Shown here one piece after another: positions 29,383 to 40,297 of a DNA stretch of 64,000 nt. The notes below the pieces were generated by a model. The model was not told the origin of the DNA, searched no databases, and saw only the letters and a list, made by a program, of their open reading frames with translations. Position numbers and translations under genes: made by a program. Within the stretch, counting starts at the first letter, position 1. Every line of letters starts with the position of its first letter. The DNA is taken from NCBI GenBank assembly GCA_029260795.1, contig JAJDCO010000149.1, positions 131,814 to 195,813 of the forward strand, read 5' to 3'. This DNA is from Planctomycetota bacterium. GTDB lineage: Bacteria; Planctomycetota; OFTM77.

Positions 29383-29512
29383 ATCCATCGGGTCGCGTCG
29401 CGCGTAGGGTGGCCCGGGTCGGGGACCGTCAGTGGTTCCCTTTCGACTCGGCGAGTATGTTGTGCCTTCCGGCTCGGTCGGTGAGCCGTCGTCCGTGGGC
29501 TAGCGAGAGAGA

Positions 29513-30706
29513 GTGATGACTTCTTCGAAGGACCCCCTGCGCATTGGTCTCGTCGGCGCTCGATTCGCCGCGAACCTGCATCTCCACGCCTATCGCCGGG
29601 TCTACGGCGCTCCGATCGAGATCGTCGGGGTCACTTCTCGCTCTGCCGAGAGTCGCGAGGCTTTCGCCTCCCAGCACGGCGTGCGGGCCTTCGACTCGAT
29701 CGAGGCTCTGATCCCCGAGGTCGATGTGCTCGACGTGTGCGCTCCGCCCGACACGCACGTCCCGTGTGCGCTGGCCGCGTTGGCAGCCGACAAGCACGTG
29801 ATCATCGAGAAGCCTCTGACGGGTGCCTTCGGGCCAAGGGACGACGCGAGCTTCGACGGCTGGACGGCGAGCAAGGAGGCTCTCCTGGAAGAGGCGCTTG
29901 CCGGCTGTCGTGCCTTGATCGACGCCGAGGCTCGGAGCCGCGGGACAGTTGGCTACGCCGAGAACTGGGTCTATGCGCCCGCGATCCAAAAGGAGGCCGA
30001 GGTGATTCGCAAGAGCGGCGGCCACATCCTCTGGCTTCACGGATGCGAGGCGCACTCGGGATCCCACTCGCCGACCTACGGGATCTGGTCTCGCTCGGGG
30101 GGAGGCTCGATCGTCGGCAAGGCATGCCATCCATTGACGGCAGCGCTCTATCTCAAGCGCGTCGAAGGGTTGTCGCAATGCGGTCAAGCGATCCGACCGC
30201 AGACCGTCTCGGCACGGGCGCACCGCTTGACCGCTCTCGACTCTTTCCGGGACCTCGGTCACCTGCGCGCGGACTACGACGACGTCGAGGACTTCGGCTC
30301 ACTGCACGTCACGTTCGACGACGGCACGGTGGCGGACATTTTCGCCAACGAGGTGACGCTCGGAGGCGTGCACAACTGGCTCTCGGTGTTCGCCGACAAT
30401 CACCGCGCACAATGTCACCTCAACCCGAACGACTCGCTCGAGATGTACAACCCCAAAGAGGAGTATCTCGAGGACGTTTACGTGGTCGAGAAGATCGGCA
30501 CCAAGCAAGGGTGGTCGCGCCCCTCGCCCGACGAGGACTGGTTTCACGGCTTCCCGCACGAGATCCGCGGCTTCCTGACCGCCTTCCAGGCGGGGATCCC
30601 GCCGGAGAGCGACCTCCCGTTGGGCGTCGATACCGTTGCGACGATGTACGCCGGCTACGTCTCGATCGAGCGGCGCGGACAGGAGGTCGACATCCCGCAG
30701 CTGTGA
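29513..30706 (+). CDS. Gfo/Idh/MocA family NAD(P)-dependent oxidoreductase
   Basis: N-terminal Rossmann IGLVGARFAANLH and EKP motif (HVIIEKPL). 397 aa. Confidence 0.8.
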   Translation: MMTSSKDPLRIGLVGARFAANLHLHAYRRVYGAPIEIVGVTSRSAESREAFASQHGVRAFDSIEALIPEVDVLDVCAPPDTHVPCALAALAADKHVIIEKPLTGAFGPRDDASFDGWTASKEALLEEALAGCRALIDAEARSRGTVGYAENWVYAPAIQKEAEVIRKSGGHILWLHGCEAHSGSHSPTYGIWSRSGGGSIVGKACHPLTAALYLKRVEGLSQCGQAIRPQTVSARAHRLTALDSFRDLGHLRADYDDVEDFGSLHVTFDDGTVADIFANEVTLGGVHNWLSVFADNHRAQCHLNPNDSLEMYNPKEEYLEDVYVVEKIGTKQGWSRPSPDEDWFHGFPHEIRGFLTAFQAGIPPESDLPLGVDTVATMYAGYVSIERRGQEVDIPQL

Positions 30707-30733
30707 GGGACGCCCGGGAGGAGTCGTCGGCTT

Positions 30734-31549
30734 TCAGTAGCTCTCGTCCTGGGTCGGAAACCGTCGCTTACGGACATCCTGCACGAATTGGCTGACGGCC
30801 TCTTGGATCTGGGCGCCGAGCTCGAGGTAGCGCCGCACGAAGCGGGGGTGGAACGACTCGGTCAACCCGAGCAGATCGTTGACGACCAGCACCTGCCCAT
30901 CGCACTGCGGCCCGGCGCCGATTCCGATGGTCGGGATCGGCAGCAGCTCGGAGACCTCGGCACCCAGCGTGGCCGGGATCTTCTCGAGCACGAGTGCGAA
31001 GCAGCCCGCGTCGCAGACGGCCTTTGCGTCCTCGATCAACCGTTGGGCTTCGGTCTCGCTCTTGGCTCGGACCTGATAGGTTCCGAACTGGTTGATCGAC
31101 TGAGGCGTCAGGCCCAGGTGTCCCATGACCGGAATACCGGCCGCGACGATCTTGTGGACCGTCTCGACCATCTCGCGGCCACCTTCCAGCTTCACGGCGG
31201 CGGCGCCCGTCTCCTTCATGATCCGGCCGGCGTTTCGGAGCGCCTCTTTCGGGTCGACCTGGAAGGACAGGAAAGGCAAGTCGACGACGACCATCGCCCG
31301 CTGCACACCCCGGATCACGGCCTGTGCGTGGTAGATCATCTGATCGAGTGTGATCGGCAGCGTCGTCTCGTGACCACAGAAGACGTTGGCCGCCGAGTCG
31401 CCGACCAAGATCATGTCGATCCCGGCCCGATCGACCAATCGAGCCGTCGTGAAGTCGTACGCCGTGAGCATGGCGATGGGCTCGCCCAGCTCCTTCATCT
31501 TGGCCAGCGTCTTGGTCGTGACCCGGCGCACTTCACCTCCGACCGACAT
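30734..31549 (-). CDS. panB: 3-methyl-2-oxobutanoate hydroxymethyltransferase
   Basis: Collinear with E. coli PanB (AMLTAYDF..., [15 protein letters not shown]). Confidence 0.9.
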   Translation of the reverse strand: MSVGGEVRRVTTKTLAKMKELGEPIAMLTAYDFTTARLVDRAGIDMILVGDSAANVFCGHETTLPITLDQMIYHAQAVIRGVQRAMVVVDLPFLSFQVDPKEALRNAGRIMKETGAAAVKLEGGREMVETVHKIVAAGIPVMGHLGLTPQSINQFGTYQVRAKSETEAQRLIEDAKAVCDAGCFALVLEKIPATLGAEVSELLPIPTIGIGAGPQCDGQVLVVNDLLGLTESFHPRFVRRYLELGAQIQEAVSQFVQDVRKRRFPTQDESY

Positions 31550-31591
31550 GAATTCCTCGCCTTCTCGGACTGGTGAGTCGTGGGCACCTCG

Positions 31592-31607
31592 GTGACCGAT
31601 CGGTCAC
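31592..31607. promoter_or_regulatory. Perfect 16-bp palindrome GTGACCGATCGGTCAC, 43-58 bp upstream of the panB start (candidate operator)
   Basis: Read directly; reverse complement is identical. Lies in the 448-bp divergent panB/pckA intergenic region. Confidence 0.3.
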
Positions 31608-31997
31608 TCCGGGAACGTCCGGTCAGCATAAACCTGGTGCACGGAAGCCGGAAAGACGAAAAAGGGCCGCTCTTCTTGCCCCGACGGCGGTTGTGGGTGT
31701 CCGCTCGAGGAGCGCGCCGTGGACCGAGGGGCCGGTGAGGCGGCTCGCGCCGGATCGAGGCGGCCCGTAACCACGCGGCGGCGGCCCGAGCTGCCTTTCT
31801 CGGGACCCTCGGGCGTCGAAACCACCCTCTGGGCAGACGCCGTGGATTTCGCTAAGCTCCCTATCTTTTTCCACGACTGTCAGATGGTCACGACGGAGCG
31901 GCCGGTCGGCCCCAATGCCCGTTCTCGCCATCATTTCCGGAGAGCGGAGCCGTCGGCTCCCCGACCGGTTCTTTCCCAGGATCTCGAGGAGAGCCCG

Positions 31998-33554
31998 ATG
32001 CCGACCGTCAAGAAATCCCTTCCCGTCACACCCAAGTCGGTGCTTTGGAACCCGAGCTTCGATCAGCTCGGTGAGCTGATCGGGAAGATGCCGAACGCGA
32101 AGTGGACGGAGTTCGGGAACTACAACGTCCAGACGAAGGTCGTCGCCCGGAGCAAGGCGAGCACCTATGTCGTCACCGATCATCCGGAGAACCACTCCGA
32201 TCAGACGATCAAGCGCGAGGAAGGCCGTCGCGTCGCCGAGCTGCAGGATGCCTATATCCGCGAGCAGGAGATGATCGTCATCGAGGGCTTCATCGGGAAC
32301 GACCCGAAGTATCGCGTCTCGGCGCGCTTGATCATCGAGGCGAGCAACGCGAACATCGCGGCCATGCAGAAGACGCTCTACTTCACGCCGACCGAGAAAG
32401 AGCTCGAGAGCTTCGAGCCCAAGCTTCAGGTCATCTACACGCCGAACCTGAAGATGGAAGGCTACCCGAACGATCGTCTGATCGCGGTCGACCTCGACCA
32501 GTACGTCACGCGCGTCTTCAACTCCGACTACTTCGGGGAGTCGAAGAAGGGCGGGCTGCGGATGTGGAATCAGCTCATCTACCAACAGAGTGGACTGGCG
32601 CTTCACGCCGGCTGCAAGGTGATTCCGGTCGGCGACAAGAAGCGCGTCGGCATGATCGTGGGGCTTTCGGGCACCGGCAAGACGACGACCACCTTCACCA
32701 CGCAGAACGGCTCGCAGCCGGTGCAGGACGACTTCGTCGCCTGGATGCCCGACGGCAAGGTGGTCGCGACCGAGAACGGTTGCTTCGCCAAGACGTTCGG
32801 GCTCGATCCGAAGTACGAGCCGACCATTCACAAGGCCGTCACCTGCGCCGACTCGTTCCTCGAGAACGTGTCGCAGAACGGCGAGAAGATCGACTTCTTC
32901 GACACCTCGCACACGCAGAACGGCCGCGCGGTCTTCGGCATGGACAAGGTCGATGGTGCCGGCGATGCGCGGGAGCTCGACCGCGCCGACTTCCTGCTGA
33001 TCCTCAACCGCAACGAGAACATCATCCCCGCCGTTGCTCGCCTCAACCCCGAGCAAGCCGCCGCCTACTTCATGTTGGGCGAGACGAAGGGAACGTCAGC
33101 CGGTGGCGCCGAGGAGGCCGGCAAGAACTTGCGCGTGCCCGGCACGAACCCGTTCTTTCCGCTCCTGCACGGCTTCCAGGGCAACCGCTTCCTCGAGCTG
33201 ATGAGCAAGAACCAGATCGACGTCTACGTCATGAACACCGGCCGCGTCGGTGGTCCAGACGGCGACGACCGATCGATGAAGGTCAGGATCCCGCACTCGA
33301 GCGCCGTCGTGAAGGGCATTGCCGAAGGCACCATCGAGTGGACGAAGGATCCCGACTTCGGCTACGAGATCGCAACCAAGGTGCCCGGCATCGAGGCGAG
33401 TGACGAGGGTCTCCTCCGCCCGCGCGCGCTCTACGAGAAGCAGGGCCGCCAGGACGAGTATCAGAGCTTCGTCGACCGCTTCAAGAAGGAACGCGTCGCC
33501 CACCTTGGCACCTTCCCGAACCTGGAAGAGAAGATCCTCGCCGCCGTCCGCTGA
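31998..33554 (+). CDS. pckA: Phosphoenolpyruvate carboxykinase (ATP)
   Basis: Kinase-1a motif GLSGTGKTT, PEPCK-ATP family collinearity. Start at the internal ATG with a GAGGAGAG RBS. Confidence 0.9.
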   Translation: MPTVKKSLPVTPKSVLWNPSFDQLGELIGKMPNAKWTEFGNYNVQTKVVARSKASTYVVTDHPENHSDQTIKREEGRRVAELQDAYIREQEMIVIEGFIGNDPKYRVSARLIIEASNANIAAMQKTLYFTPTEKELESFEPKLQVIYTPNLKMEGYPNDRLIAVDLDQYVTRVFNSDYFGESKKGGLRMWNQLIYQQSGLALHAGCKVIPVGDKKRVGMIVGLSGTGKTTTTFTTQNGSQPVQDDFVAWMPDGKVVATENGCFAKTFGLDPKYEPTIHKAVTCADSFLENVSQNGEKIDFFDTSHTQNGRAVFGMDKVDGAGDARELDRADFLLILNRNENIIPAVARLNPEQAAAYFMLGETKGTSAGGAEEAGKNLRVPGTNPFFPLLHGFQGNRFLELMSKNQIDVYVMNTGRVGGPDGDDRSMKVRIPHSSAVVKGIAEGTIEWTKDPDFGYEIATKVPGIEASDEGLLRPRALYEKQGRQDEYQSFVDRFKKERVAHLGTFPNLEEKILAAVR

Positions 33555-33582
33555 GGCGCTCCGCGAGATCGAACCGAAGACG

Positions 33583-33620
33583 AAGGCCGATGGCAGTATG
33601 CCGTCGGCCTTTGTCGTTCT
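33583..33620 (+). terminator. Rho-independent terminator after pckA
   Basis: 13-bp stem (aaggccgatggca / tgccgtcggcctt, one G-U pair) followed by tgtcgttct. Confidence 0.45.
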
Positions 33621-33710
33621 CCCGCTGCCCCGAAGGGGCAACATGATCCAGCCCCCGTGCCGATCGGCGCGCCTGCCGTCGACCCTGGGGGTACGTCTCG
33701 GCGAGGACGA

Positions 33711-34871
33711 TCAACGACGGAAGGTGGCGATGGTCTCGATGTGGTGGGTTTGTGGAAAGAGATCGATCGGTTGCGCCGAGATCAGCTCGTAGCCGCCTTC
33801 GAGGAGTCGACGCGTATCGCGGGCCAGCGTGGCGGGGTCGCAGCTCACGTACACGAGTCGCGATGGCGCCTTCTCCAACAAGGCCGGGAGCGCGCGCACG
33901 CATCCTGCCCGGGGCGGATCGATCACCGCGACGTCGATCGGAGCCGTCCACTTCGGGAGCGCTTGCTCGAGGCGTGCGACCTGCAAGTCGACGCGAAGCC
34001 CTTCGAGATTCCGACGCGCGTCGTCGACGGCGATGCCGTTCGACTCGATCGCGAGCACCCGGCTCGCCCTGTCGGCCAGGAAGGCGCTGAACAGACCGAC
34101 ACCACAATAACCGTCGAGCACGCGCTCCCCCGGATGCACGTCGGCGGCCGCGAGAACGCTGGCGACCAGCGTGTCGAGTAGCAGTACGTTGACCTGAAAG
34201 AAGCTCCCGGGTGAGACCTGGAATGTCCGACCCGACACCTCGATCAGGGCCGGCTCTCCGGCCGGTCGCTGTCCGGGTCGAGCCGTCGTCCAGACCTGGA
34301 GCGGAGCGCCGCGATCCCATCCCCGTCGAATCTCCCATCGTCGACCCGGCCGGAGCTCCTCGGGCGCTACCCTCAGCCAGTCGACGATCTCAGGAACGCT
34401 GATCGGACACTCGCGGATCGGCACGACGCGATCACTGCGAGCCGACTTGAAGCCCGCGCGGCCGTCGTCACCGACGCCGACCTGGACGTGATGTCGATAG
34501 GCCCAGGGCGAAGGAGAGGCGATCGCCGCCAGCACGGGAGGGTCGGCGAGCCCGGCCATTCGTTGAAGCTGCTCGCGCACGATCTCGGTCTTGAAGACGA
34601 GCTGGGCGCCGGCGTCGATGTGCTGCCAAGCGCAACCACCGCAATCGCCTTCGCCGAGCCCCGCGTGAGGACACCGCGGTGAGACCCGATCGAGCGACGG
34701 TTCGAGGATCTCGACGGCCGTCGCCTCGGCAAAGCGTGCGCGGTCCTTCTCGATCCGCACTCGCACGCGCTCGCCCGGAAGCGCACCGTGCACGAACACG
34801 ACCCGACCGTCGAGTCGCGCCACGCCGGCACCTCCTTGCGCCATTCGATCGATTTGGAGCACGGGGAACAT
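33711..34871 (-). CDS. rlmD: 23S rRNA (uracil-C5)-methyltransferase RlmD/RumA family (TRAM + Fe-S + class I SAM MTase)
   Basis: TRAM N-terminus, Cys cluster CPHAGLGEGDCGGC, DPPRAG motif. Start set at MFPVLQ. Confidence 0.8.
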   Translation of the reverse strand: MFPVLQIDRMAQGGAGVARLDGRVVFVHGALPGERVRVRIEKDRARFAEATAVEILEPSLDRVSPRCPHAGLGEGDCGGCAWQHIDAGAQLVFKTEIVREQLQRMAGLADPPVLAAIASPSPWAYRHHVQVGVGDDGRAGFKSARSDRVVPIRECPISVPEIVDWLRVAPEELRPGRRWEIRRGWDRGAPLQVWTTARPGQRPAGEPALIEVSGRTFQVSPGSFFQVNVLLLDTLVASVLAAADVHPGERVLDGYCGVGLFSAFLADRASRVLAIESNGIAVDDARRNLEGLRVDLQVARLEQALPKWTAPIDVAVIDPPRAGCVRALPALLEKAPSRLVYVSCDPATLARDTRRLLEGGYELISAQPIDLFPQTHHIETIATFRR

Positions 34872-35106
34872 TCGAAAGCCCAGCCGTGAGTGGGATGCCG
34901 GATGACCGGCGGCAGTCGATCGATGAAGGACCGATCGCACGAGCTCCCAACAGGCTAAAGCCTGGTCCACGGAATCCCTCCCGCGATTCGACCTTTTCGC
35001 ACGGTGAAAGCCTCGGCGAATTCCGGTGCATCCCGGCTCCCCGCCTGTCCGGCATGGCGCCGATCGGCGAGATTTGTTCTCATGCAGAGCACCGGCGAGG
35101 ATCGGG

Positions 35107-36825
35107 ATGCGCGCAATCTCTCGAAAGCTTCGAGATGGGAGCCGCCCTGTGCTCAGCAACAGTACGCTCAAGAGTGTCGTCCTTCTGTCGATCACGATGC
35201 TCGCCTTGGCAGCGGGCCTTTGGACGCTCGTCGACCGGGAGGATCTTGCGGTCGAAGAATCGACTCCGATTGCGCCGAAGGAGAAGGCAGCCTGGCGCGC
35301 GTCGCCGAGCCTCGAGCCGCTCGATCGAAGTCGTGGTGCCGGAGCGGACTCTCCCTCCGATCTTACCTCGGGCAAGAACGAGAGTTTGGCCGTTTCCCAC
35401 GAAGCGCCGTCTCTGGTCGGCCGTGTCCTCGGACTCGACGGTGCTCCGGTCATCGACGTCGTCGTCGCGACGAAGAGCCACTCGCGGTCGGTCGTCGTCG
35501 GCCGCACGAATGGCTCCGGGCGCTTCACGTCCTCGCAGTCGGTGCCGCTCGGTGCACGGCTCGAGGTCGCCGATCCGGCTTGGGTCACGATCGGTGAGGC
35601 GACCATCGTTCCGGAGCTCGACGAGGCGATCTTGGTCGCCTGTCCGAGCGTGGGGATCGGAGGGAATGTCGTCGATGAGAGCGGCGAGGCGATCTCGGGC
35701 GTCGAGCTGAAGGTCGAGATCCCGAATCGGCTTCTGCGCGCTCTCGACACGAACGATGCGACGAGCTTCGGCAAGTGGACGACGAAGACGGACGGCGTTG
35801 GAGGCTTTCTCTTCGAGCGGGCACCGAGCTTCGAGGGTCTCGGCCTGCGCGTGTCGCGGTCGGGCTACCGCACGCTTCGTCAGGAGGCGCCGCGCGCCGA
35901 AACGCTCGACCTGACGATCACGTTAGAGAAGCGAGCCGAGTTGCCGCGGGGTGGGATCCGTGGGTTCGTGAGAGATCTCTCGGGAATCCCGGTGCCGGAT
36001 GCTCGCGTTCACCTCGGACGTCGTTCGACCATGACCGACGAGAGGGGCTACTTCGAGATGCTGCGAACGGTAGCCCCGGGCCGTTCACTGGTCGCATTCA
36101 AGCAAGGCTACTCGCCGGCTGAGATTCCCGGCTACGGAGATCTCGTCGCGAGTCAGCGGGACCACCTCTTGCCGGTCGACCTGGTGTTGAGCGAGATGGC
36201 TTCGATCGAGGGCTGGCTCGTCGATGCCGGCGCTCGGCCGTGTGCGGGTTGGCGCATCCGGCTGCTCGATGCCGCGCTCGTCTTCGTCGAGTCGAGAGAA
36301 GTCCGCGGCTTTGGCCAGCGAGCCCTTGGGCAGCCGGTGACTGCCGAGGAGATCTCGGCGGGGGAGCGCGGCCCCAAGCTCACGCGCGAGGACGGCGGGT
36401 TCGTCTTCAACGGCTTGCAGCCCGGCCGCGCCTACCGAGTGCGCGCCTGGAACGAGCGGACCTTGCGCATCTTCGAGAGTGAGCCCGTCGCCGCGGGGGT
36501 GCGGGGTCACGTGCTGCGCCTCCCTCCCGAGGATTCGAGACCGTTCGTCTCGGGTGTCGTCCTCACCAAGAATGGGCGGCTCGTGGAGGGAGCGCGGGTG
36601 CGCTTGACGATGGTCGAGCAAGAGTACGACGGCAGCACCTGGATGCAAACGGGGCAAGATATGAAGACGGGAGCCGACGGTCGCTTCGAGTTCAACGACG
36701 TGCCGCGCAATGAGCTGCTGCTGCGATTCAACGCCAGCGGATTCAAGTCGCGCACCATCGATCTCGACCCCCAGGACGACGGCGTGGAGCTCCAGATCGA
36801 GGTGGAGGTGAACGGAGATCGGTGA
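35107..36825 (+). CDS. Secreted/membrane-anchored protein with carboxypeptidase-regulatory-like repeats (paralog family of 20410..23598)
   Basis: GRVLGLDGAPVIDVVV, GFVRDLSGIPVPDARV and GVVLTKNGRLVEGARV units. Signal anchor after MRAISRKL. Confidence 0.6.
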   Translation: MRAISRKLRDGSRPVLSNSTLKSVVLLSITMLALAAGLWTLVDREDLAVEESTPIAPKEKAAWRASPSLEPLDRSRGAGADSPSDLTSGKNESLAVSHEAPSLVGRVLGLDGAPVIDVVVATKSHSRSVVVGRTNGSGRFTSSQSVPLGARLEVADPAWVTIGEATIVPELDEAILVACPSVGIGGNVVDESGEAISGVELKVEIPNRLLRALDTNDATSFGKWTTKTDGVGGFLFERAPSFEGLGLRVSRSGYRTLRQEAPRAETLDLTITLEKRAELPRGGIRGFVRDLSGIPVPDARVHLGRRSTMTDERGYFEMLRTVAPGRSLVAFKQGYSPAEIPGYGDLVASQRDHLLPVDLVLSEMASIEGWLVDAGARPCAGWRIRLLDAALVFVESREVRGFGQRALGQPVTAEEISAGERGPKLTREDGGFVFNGLQPGRAYRVRAWNERTLRIFESEPVAAGVRGHVLRLPPEDSRPFVSGVVLTKNGRLVEGARVRLTMVEQEYDGSTWMQTGQDMKTGADGRFEFNDVPRNELLLRFNASGFKSRTIDLDPQDDGVELQIEVEVNGDR

Positions 36826-36937
36826 CCGGATGAGTCGACGAACTGCGTGGGCCGGGTTTCCCCTGGCCGCCGATGAGCGAGCCTGACATCCTGGCCGCGT
36901 CGTCGGTCGAACCAGTCCCTCTGCCCGGAGCCTCCCC

Positions 36938-38476
36938 GTGACTCGATGCTTGCTCCTCGTGCTCGTGCTGTTCGGCGGCTTGCCGCTCTCCGCTCAAACC
37001 CGCGTCGAACGCAAGCGCCCCAACATCGTCTTCGTCTACTCGGACGACCACGCCGAGCGGGCAGTCGGAGCCTATGGGTCACCGTTGGTCGAGACGCCTC
37101 ACATCGATCGATTGGCGTCGGGGGGGCTGCGCTTCACGAACAGCTTCGTTGCCAACTCGATCTGTGGACCGGCGCGCGCGACTGTGCTGACCGGTCTCCA
37201 CTCACACCTCAACGGCAAGATGGCGAACCCGGACGGCTTTCGCGACGACTTGCCCACCTTCGCCACGCTGCTGCAAAAGGCCGGCTACCGAACGGCCATG
37301 ATCGGCAAGTGGCATCTCCCGACCAAGCCGCGAGGCTTCGATCACTGGGCGATCGCTCACGGCGGCTACTACAACCTCGACATCGAGACCGCCGACGGGC
37401 GATCGCGGCGCGAAGGGTACACGACCGAGATCCTGACCGAAGAAGCCTTGGCCTGGATCGAGAAGCAGCGCGCGGGCGAACGACCGTTCGTGCTGTGGCT
37501 GAACCATGCGGCGGTCCATCGCACTTGGATGCCAGGCCCTCGCTATCTCACTCGCCACGACGAGCGCAGCATTCCCGAGCCGGCGACGCTGTTCGACGAC
37601 TACGCGGGTCGCTCGCGTGGCGCGGCGGACGCGCAGATGCGGATCGCGCGCGATCTGTTCCCGGCCTACGATCTCAAGCTTCCCGCCAGCGGCGAGGGCA
37701 TCCTCGATCGCAACGCGACGGGCATGTTGAACCGATTGACCGAGGCACAGCGGGCTGCTTGGGAGTCGGCCTACGGCCCCAAGAACCGCGCGTTCACCGA
37801 GGCCGAGCTCGAAGGGGACGAGCTCGTGCGCTGGAAGTACCAACGCTACATCAAGGACTACCTCCGCTGCGTCTCCGCGGTGGACGACAGCGTTGGCCGC
37901 CTCCTCGACTATCTGGATCGAACGGGCCTGGCCGATAATACGATCTTCATCTACTCATCTGATCAAGGCTTCTTCCTGGGTGAGCACGGCTGGTACGACA
38001 AGCGCTGGATGTACGAGCCGTCCTTGCGAACACCGCTCATCGTGCGCGCCCCCGGTGTGACCCCGGCCGGACGCACCTGTGACGCCCTCGTGCAGAACAT
38101 CGACCTTGCCCCGACCTTGCTCGAAATGGGGGGCGTCGACGTACCGGAGTCGATGCAAGGACGCAGCCTGGCACCCTGGCTGCACGGCGAAGTGCCAGCT
38201 GAGTGGCGAGAAGCCGTCTACTACCACTACCATCAACGCGATTCTGGTCGAACCAGCCACACCGTCGCGCGCCACGTCGGAATCCGAACCGACCGGTACA
38301 AGCTGATGTACCTCTACGATCTCGGCGACTGGGAGCTCTACGATCTCCAGCACGACCCCGACGAGATGCACAACCTCGCCAGCCTCGAAGATCACGCCGA
38401 GCTGCTCGCCGAGCTTCGACAGAAGCTGCGGGGCCTGATTGCGCAGTATCGCGACGAGACAGCGCCCGAGTTCTGA
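36938..38476 (+). CDS. Sulfatase (canonical CxPxR: SICGPARATVLTG)
   Basis: Signal peptide, NIVFVYSDDH, CGPAR FGly motif. 512 aa. Confidence 0.85.
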   Translation: MTRCLLLVLVLFGGLPLSAQTRVERKRPNIVFVYSDDHAERAVGAYGSPLVETPHIDRLASGGLRFTNSFVANSICGPARATVLTGLHSHLNGKMANPDGFRDDLPTFATLLQKAGYRTAMIGKWHLPTKPRGFDHWAIAHGGYYNLDIETADGRSRREGYTTEILTEEALAWIEKQRAGERPFVLWLNHAAVHRTWMPGPRYLTRHDERSIPEPATLFDDYAGRSRGAADAQMRIARDLFPAYDLKLPASGEGILDRNATGMLNRLTEAQRAAWESAYGPKNRAFTEAELEGDELVRWKYQRYIKDYLRCVSAVDDSVGRLLDYLDRTGLADNTIFIYSSDQGFFLGEHGWYDKRWMYEPSLRTPLIVRAPGVTPAGRTCDALVQNIDLAPTLLEMGGVDVPESMQGRSLAPWLHGEVPAEWREAVYYHYHQRDSGRTSHTVARHVGIRTDRYKLMYLYDLGDWELYDLQHDPDEMHNLASLEDHAELLAELRQKLRGLIAQYRDETAPEF

Positions 38477-38898
38477 GCGTCTCCGATCGTGGGATGCGCT
38501 CGAGGACGCTGGCCGAACAGCGGTCGACCCACGTTTCAGCGATCGACCCTCCAGCGGACTGGAAGTCCGCCCTCCGGATGCCCGGCTTCCTTCGAAGGTC
38601 CGGCTGCTCGAGGAGCCGAGTGGTTGCCGACGGATTGCGTTTGCCAGCCGCGGCCATCGGCCGACCTTCCACCCGGCTGAAGCCTGGCCTCCGGATCCGA
38701 AGCCTCTGAATCCACCTAAGCCAATACCTTCGGCTTGCTTGGGTTCAGGGTCCAGCGTGCCTTGACCGATGGTGATCGCTCCGGGTCCTCGTTTTTGGAG
38801 TTCGGTACGGAGTTTTGTCGTTCCTTCGAATGGAGAGGTGTCCTCGGTGCGTCTGACCGAGAGAGCACCTGTTCGAGAAACGAAGGAAGTCAGAAAAC

Positions 38899-40221
38899 AT
38901 GAACGCCACCACTGCCCGCCCCATGAAGCCGCTGACTCACAGCTCTCAGCGTCGCACCCGTCGACTCAAACGGCAGGTTGCCCGACGCAACGGCCTGGTC
39001 TCCCTGTTCTGGGTGACGACGGGTGGCGCGCTCTTTGTCGGCTCGTTCCTCTTCTTCGCGAGCCGCGATGGAGGAGCCCGCGAGCGAGGGGCGGCGTCGG
39101 TCGAGATCGCCGAGTCGAGCACACCTTCTGCCGAGTCCTCGAAAGCCCCGGGCTCGGACGTGGGCGCGACGAGACAGCGCTCCGAGGCTCCGCTGAAGAC
39201 TAGCTCGACTGCATTGGAGGCGAGCGATCGAGCCGAGGCTGCTCCCGGAGGCGAGTCGGCCAAGGGGCAGGGGGCCGAGCTCGAGAGCGCGGCGAGCCGC
39301 TTCGAGGCGTTTACGATCGAGCGTCGAACCCGATGGGAGCAGGACGCGAGCCTCACGGGTTCGGAGATCCTCGAGTCGAGCCCCTTCTTGATGGCGATTC
39401 CGGCGGGAGACGCCGCCGCGAGAGAGCGGTCGCTAGCCGACGCGAAGACCTTCGCCGCACAGCTCGCTCGGCTGGAGAGCTCGTTGACGACTCCCCTCGA
39501 GCTGAAGCGGCGCGAGGGCTTCGGCGGCTTTGCGGTCTGCCGCTTTCCAAACCTGCGATCGTTCGAGCGGTACTTCATCGCCCGAGGAGCGGAGGTCCCA
39601 TTCGAGGGCACGATCGCTCACTACGAGCTCAAGAGCCGAGCGCTCGTCATCTGCGAGGATCCGCGCCTCGAGGGCTTTTCCGCTGAGTACCGACGCCACG
39701 AGCTGCGACGCGAGTCGGCGCGGATGCTCCTGGACGCCTTCGCGCCCAGTGGGATCGCACGAATGGGCGCCTTCTGGTTCGAGCGCGGCCTCAGCGAGTA
39801 TTTGGCGGCTGCCGACAGAGCCGAGGACCAGAGCCGCCTCGAGAAGCGTTTCCAGGCCGCGGTCGTCGACGACCAGCTTCCGCTTCCCATGGCGAAGCTG
39901 TTGAGTCTCGAGCGTGAAGGTCAGCTCTATCACATCTTCAAGGATCTCTTCGAGGCGCAGCAGATTCGCGCCGAGCTCGAGCGACCGATGACTGATCTGC
40001 ATCACTGGTACGACGCGGCCACCGCTCAACTGGTCCAGCACCTGATCGAAGCGGGAGCCTTCTCGGAGCCGACGCGCCGTCGCGCGCTGCGTCAGCTCTT
40101 CTCGGCTCGGTACGACAGCGTGAGCTGGCTTCAGGCCATGGGCTACGAAAGCTCCAGCACCCTCGAGGCCGAGTGGACGGCCCACGGGCTCGCCGGCGCA
40201 CACTTCGCCAACAAGCGCTGA
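38899..40221 (+). CDS. Hypothetical membrane-anchored protein
   Basis: 440 aa, N-terminal TM helix LVSLFWVTTGGALFVGSFLFFA. No recognisable catalytic motif. Confidence 0.5.
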   Translation: MNATTARPMKPLTHSSQRRTRRLKRQVARRNGLVSLFWVTTGGALFVGSFLFFASRDGGARERGAASVEIAESSTPSAESSKAPGSDVGATRQRSEAPLKTSSTALEASDRAEAAPGGESAKGQGAELESAASRFEAFTIERRTRWEQDASLTGSEILESSPFLMAIPAGDAAARERSLADAKTFAAQLARLESSLTTPLELKRREGFGGFAVCRFPNLRSFERYFIARGAEVPFEGTIAHYELKSRALVICEDPRLEGFSAEYRRHELRRESARMLLDAFAPSGIARMGAFWFERGLSEYLAAADRAEDQSRLEKRFQAAVVDDQLPLPMAKLLSLEREGQLYHIFKDLFEAQQIRAELERPMTDLHHWYDAATAQLVQHLIEAGAFSEPTRRRALRQLFSARYDSVSWLQAMGYESSSTLEAEWTAHGLAGAHFANKR

Positions 40222-40258
40222 CCTCCGAGATTCGCAGGCATGAGTTGCCCCTGGGAAG

Positions 40259-40297
40259 GCCCGGCCGGACAGAGGTCCGGTCGGGCTGCTTCTTTTG
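40259..40297 (+). terminator. Rho-independent terminator
   Basis: 12-bp GC stem (gcccggccggac / gtccggtcgggc, loop agag) followed by tgcttcttttg. Confidence 0.5.

Noticed and set aside
31623-33056. 477-aa minus-strand ORF
   Set aside because: Antisense to pckA.
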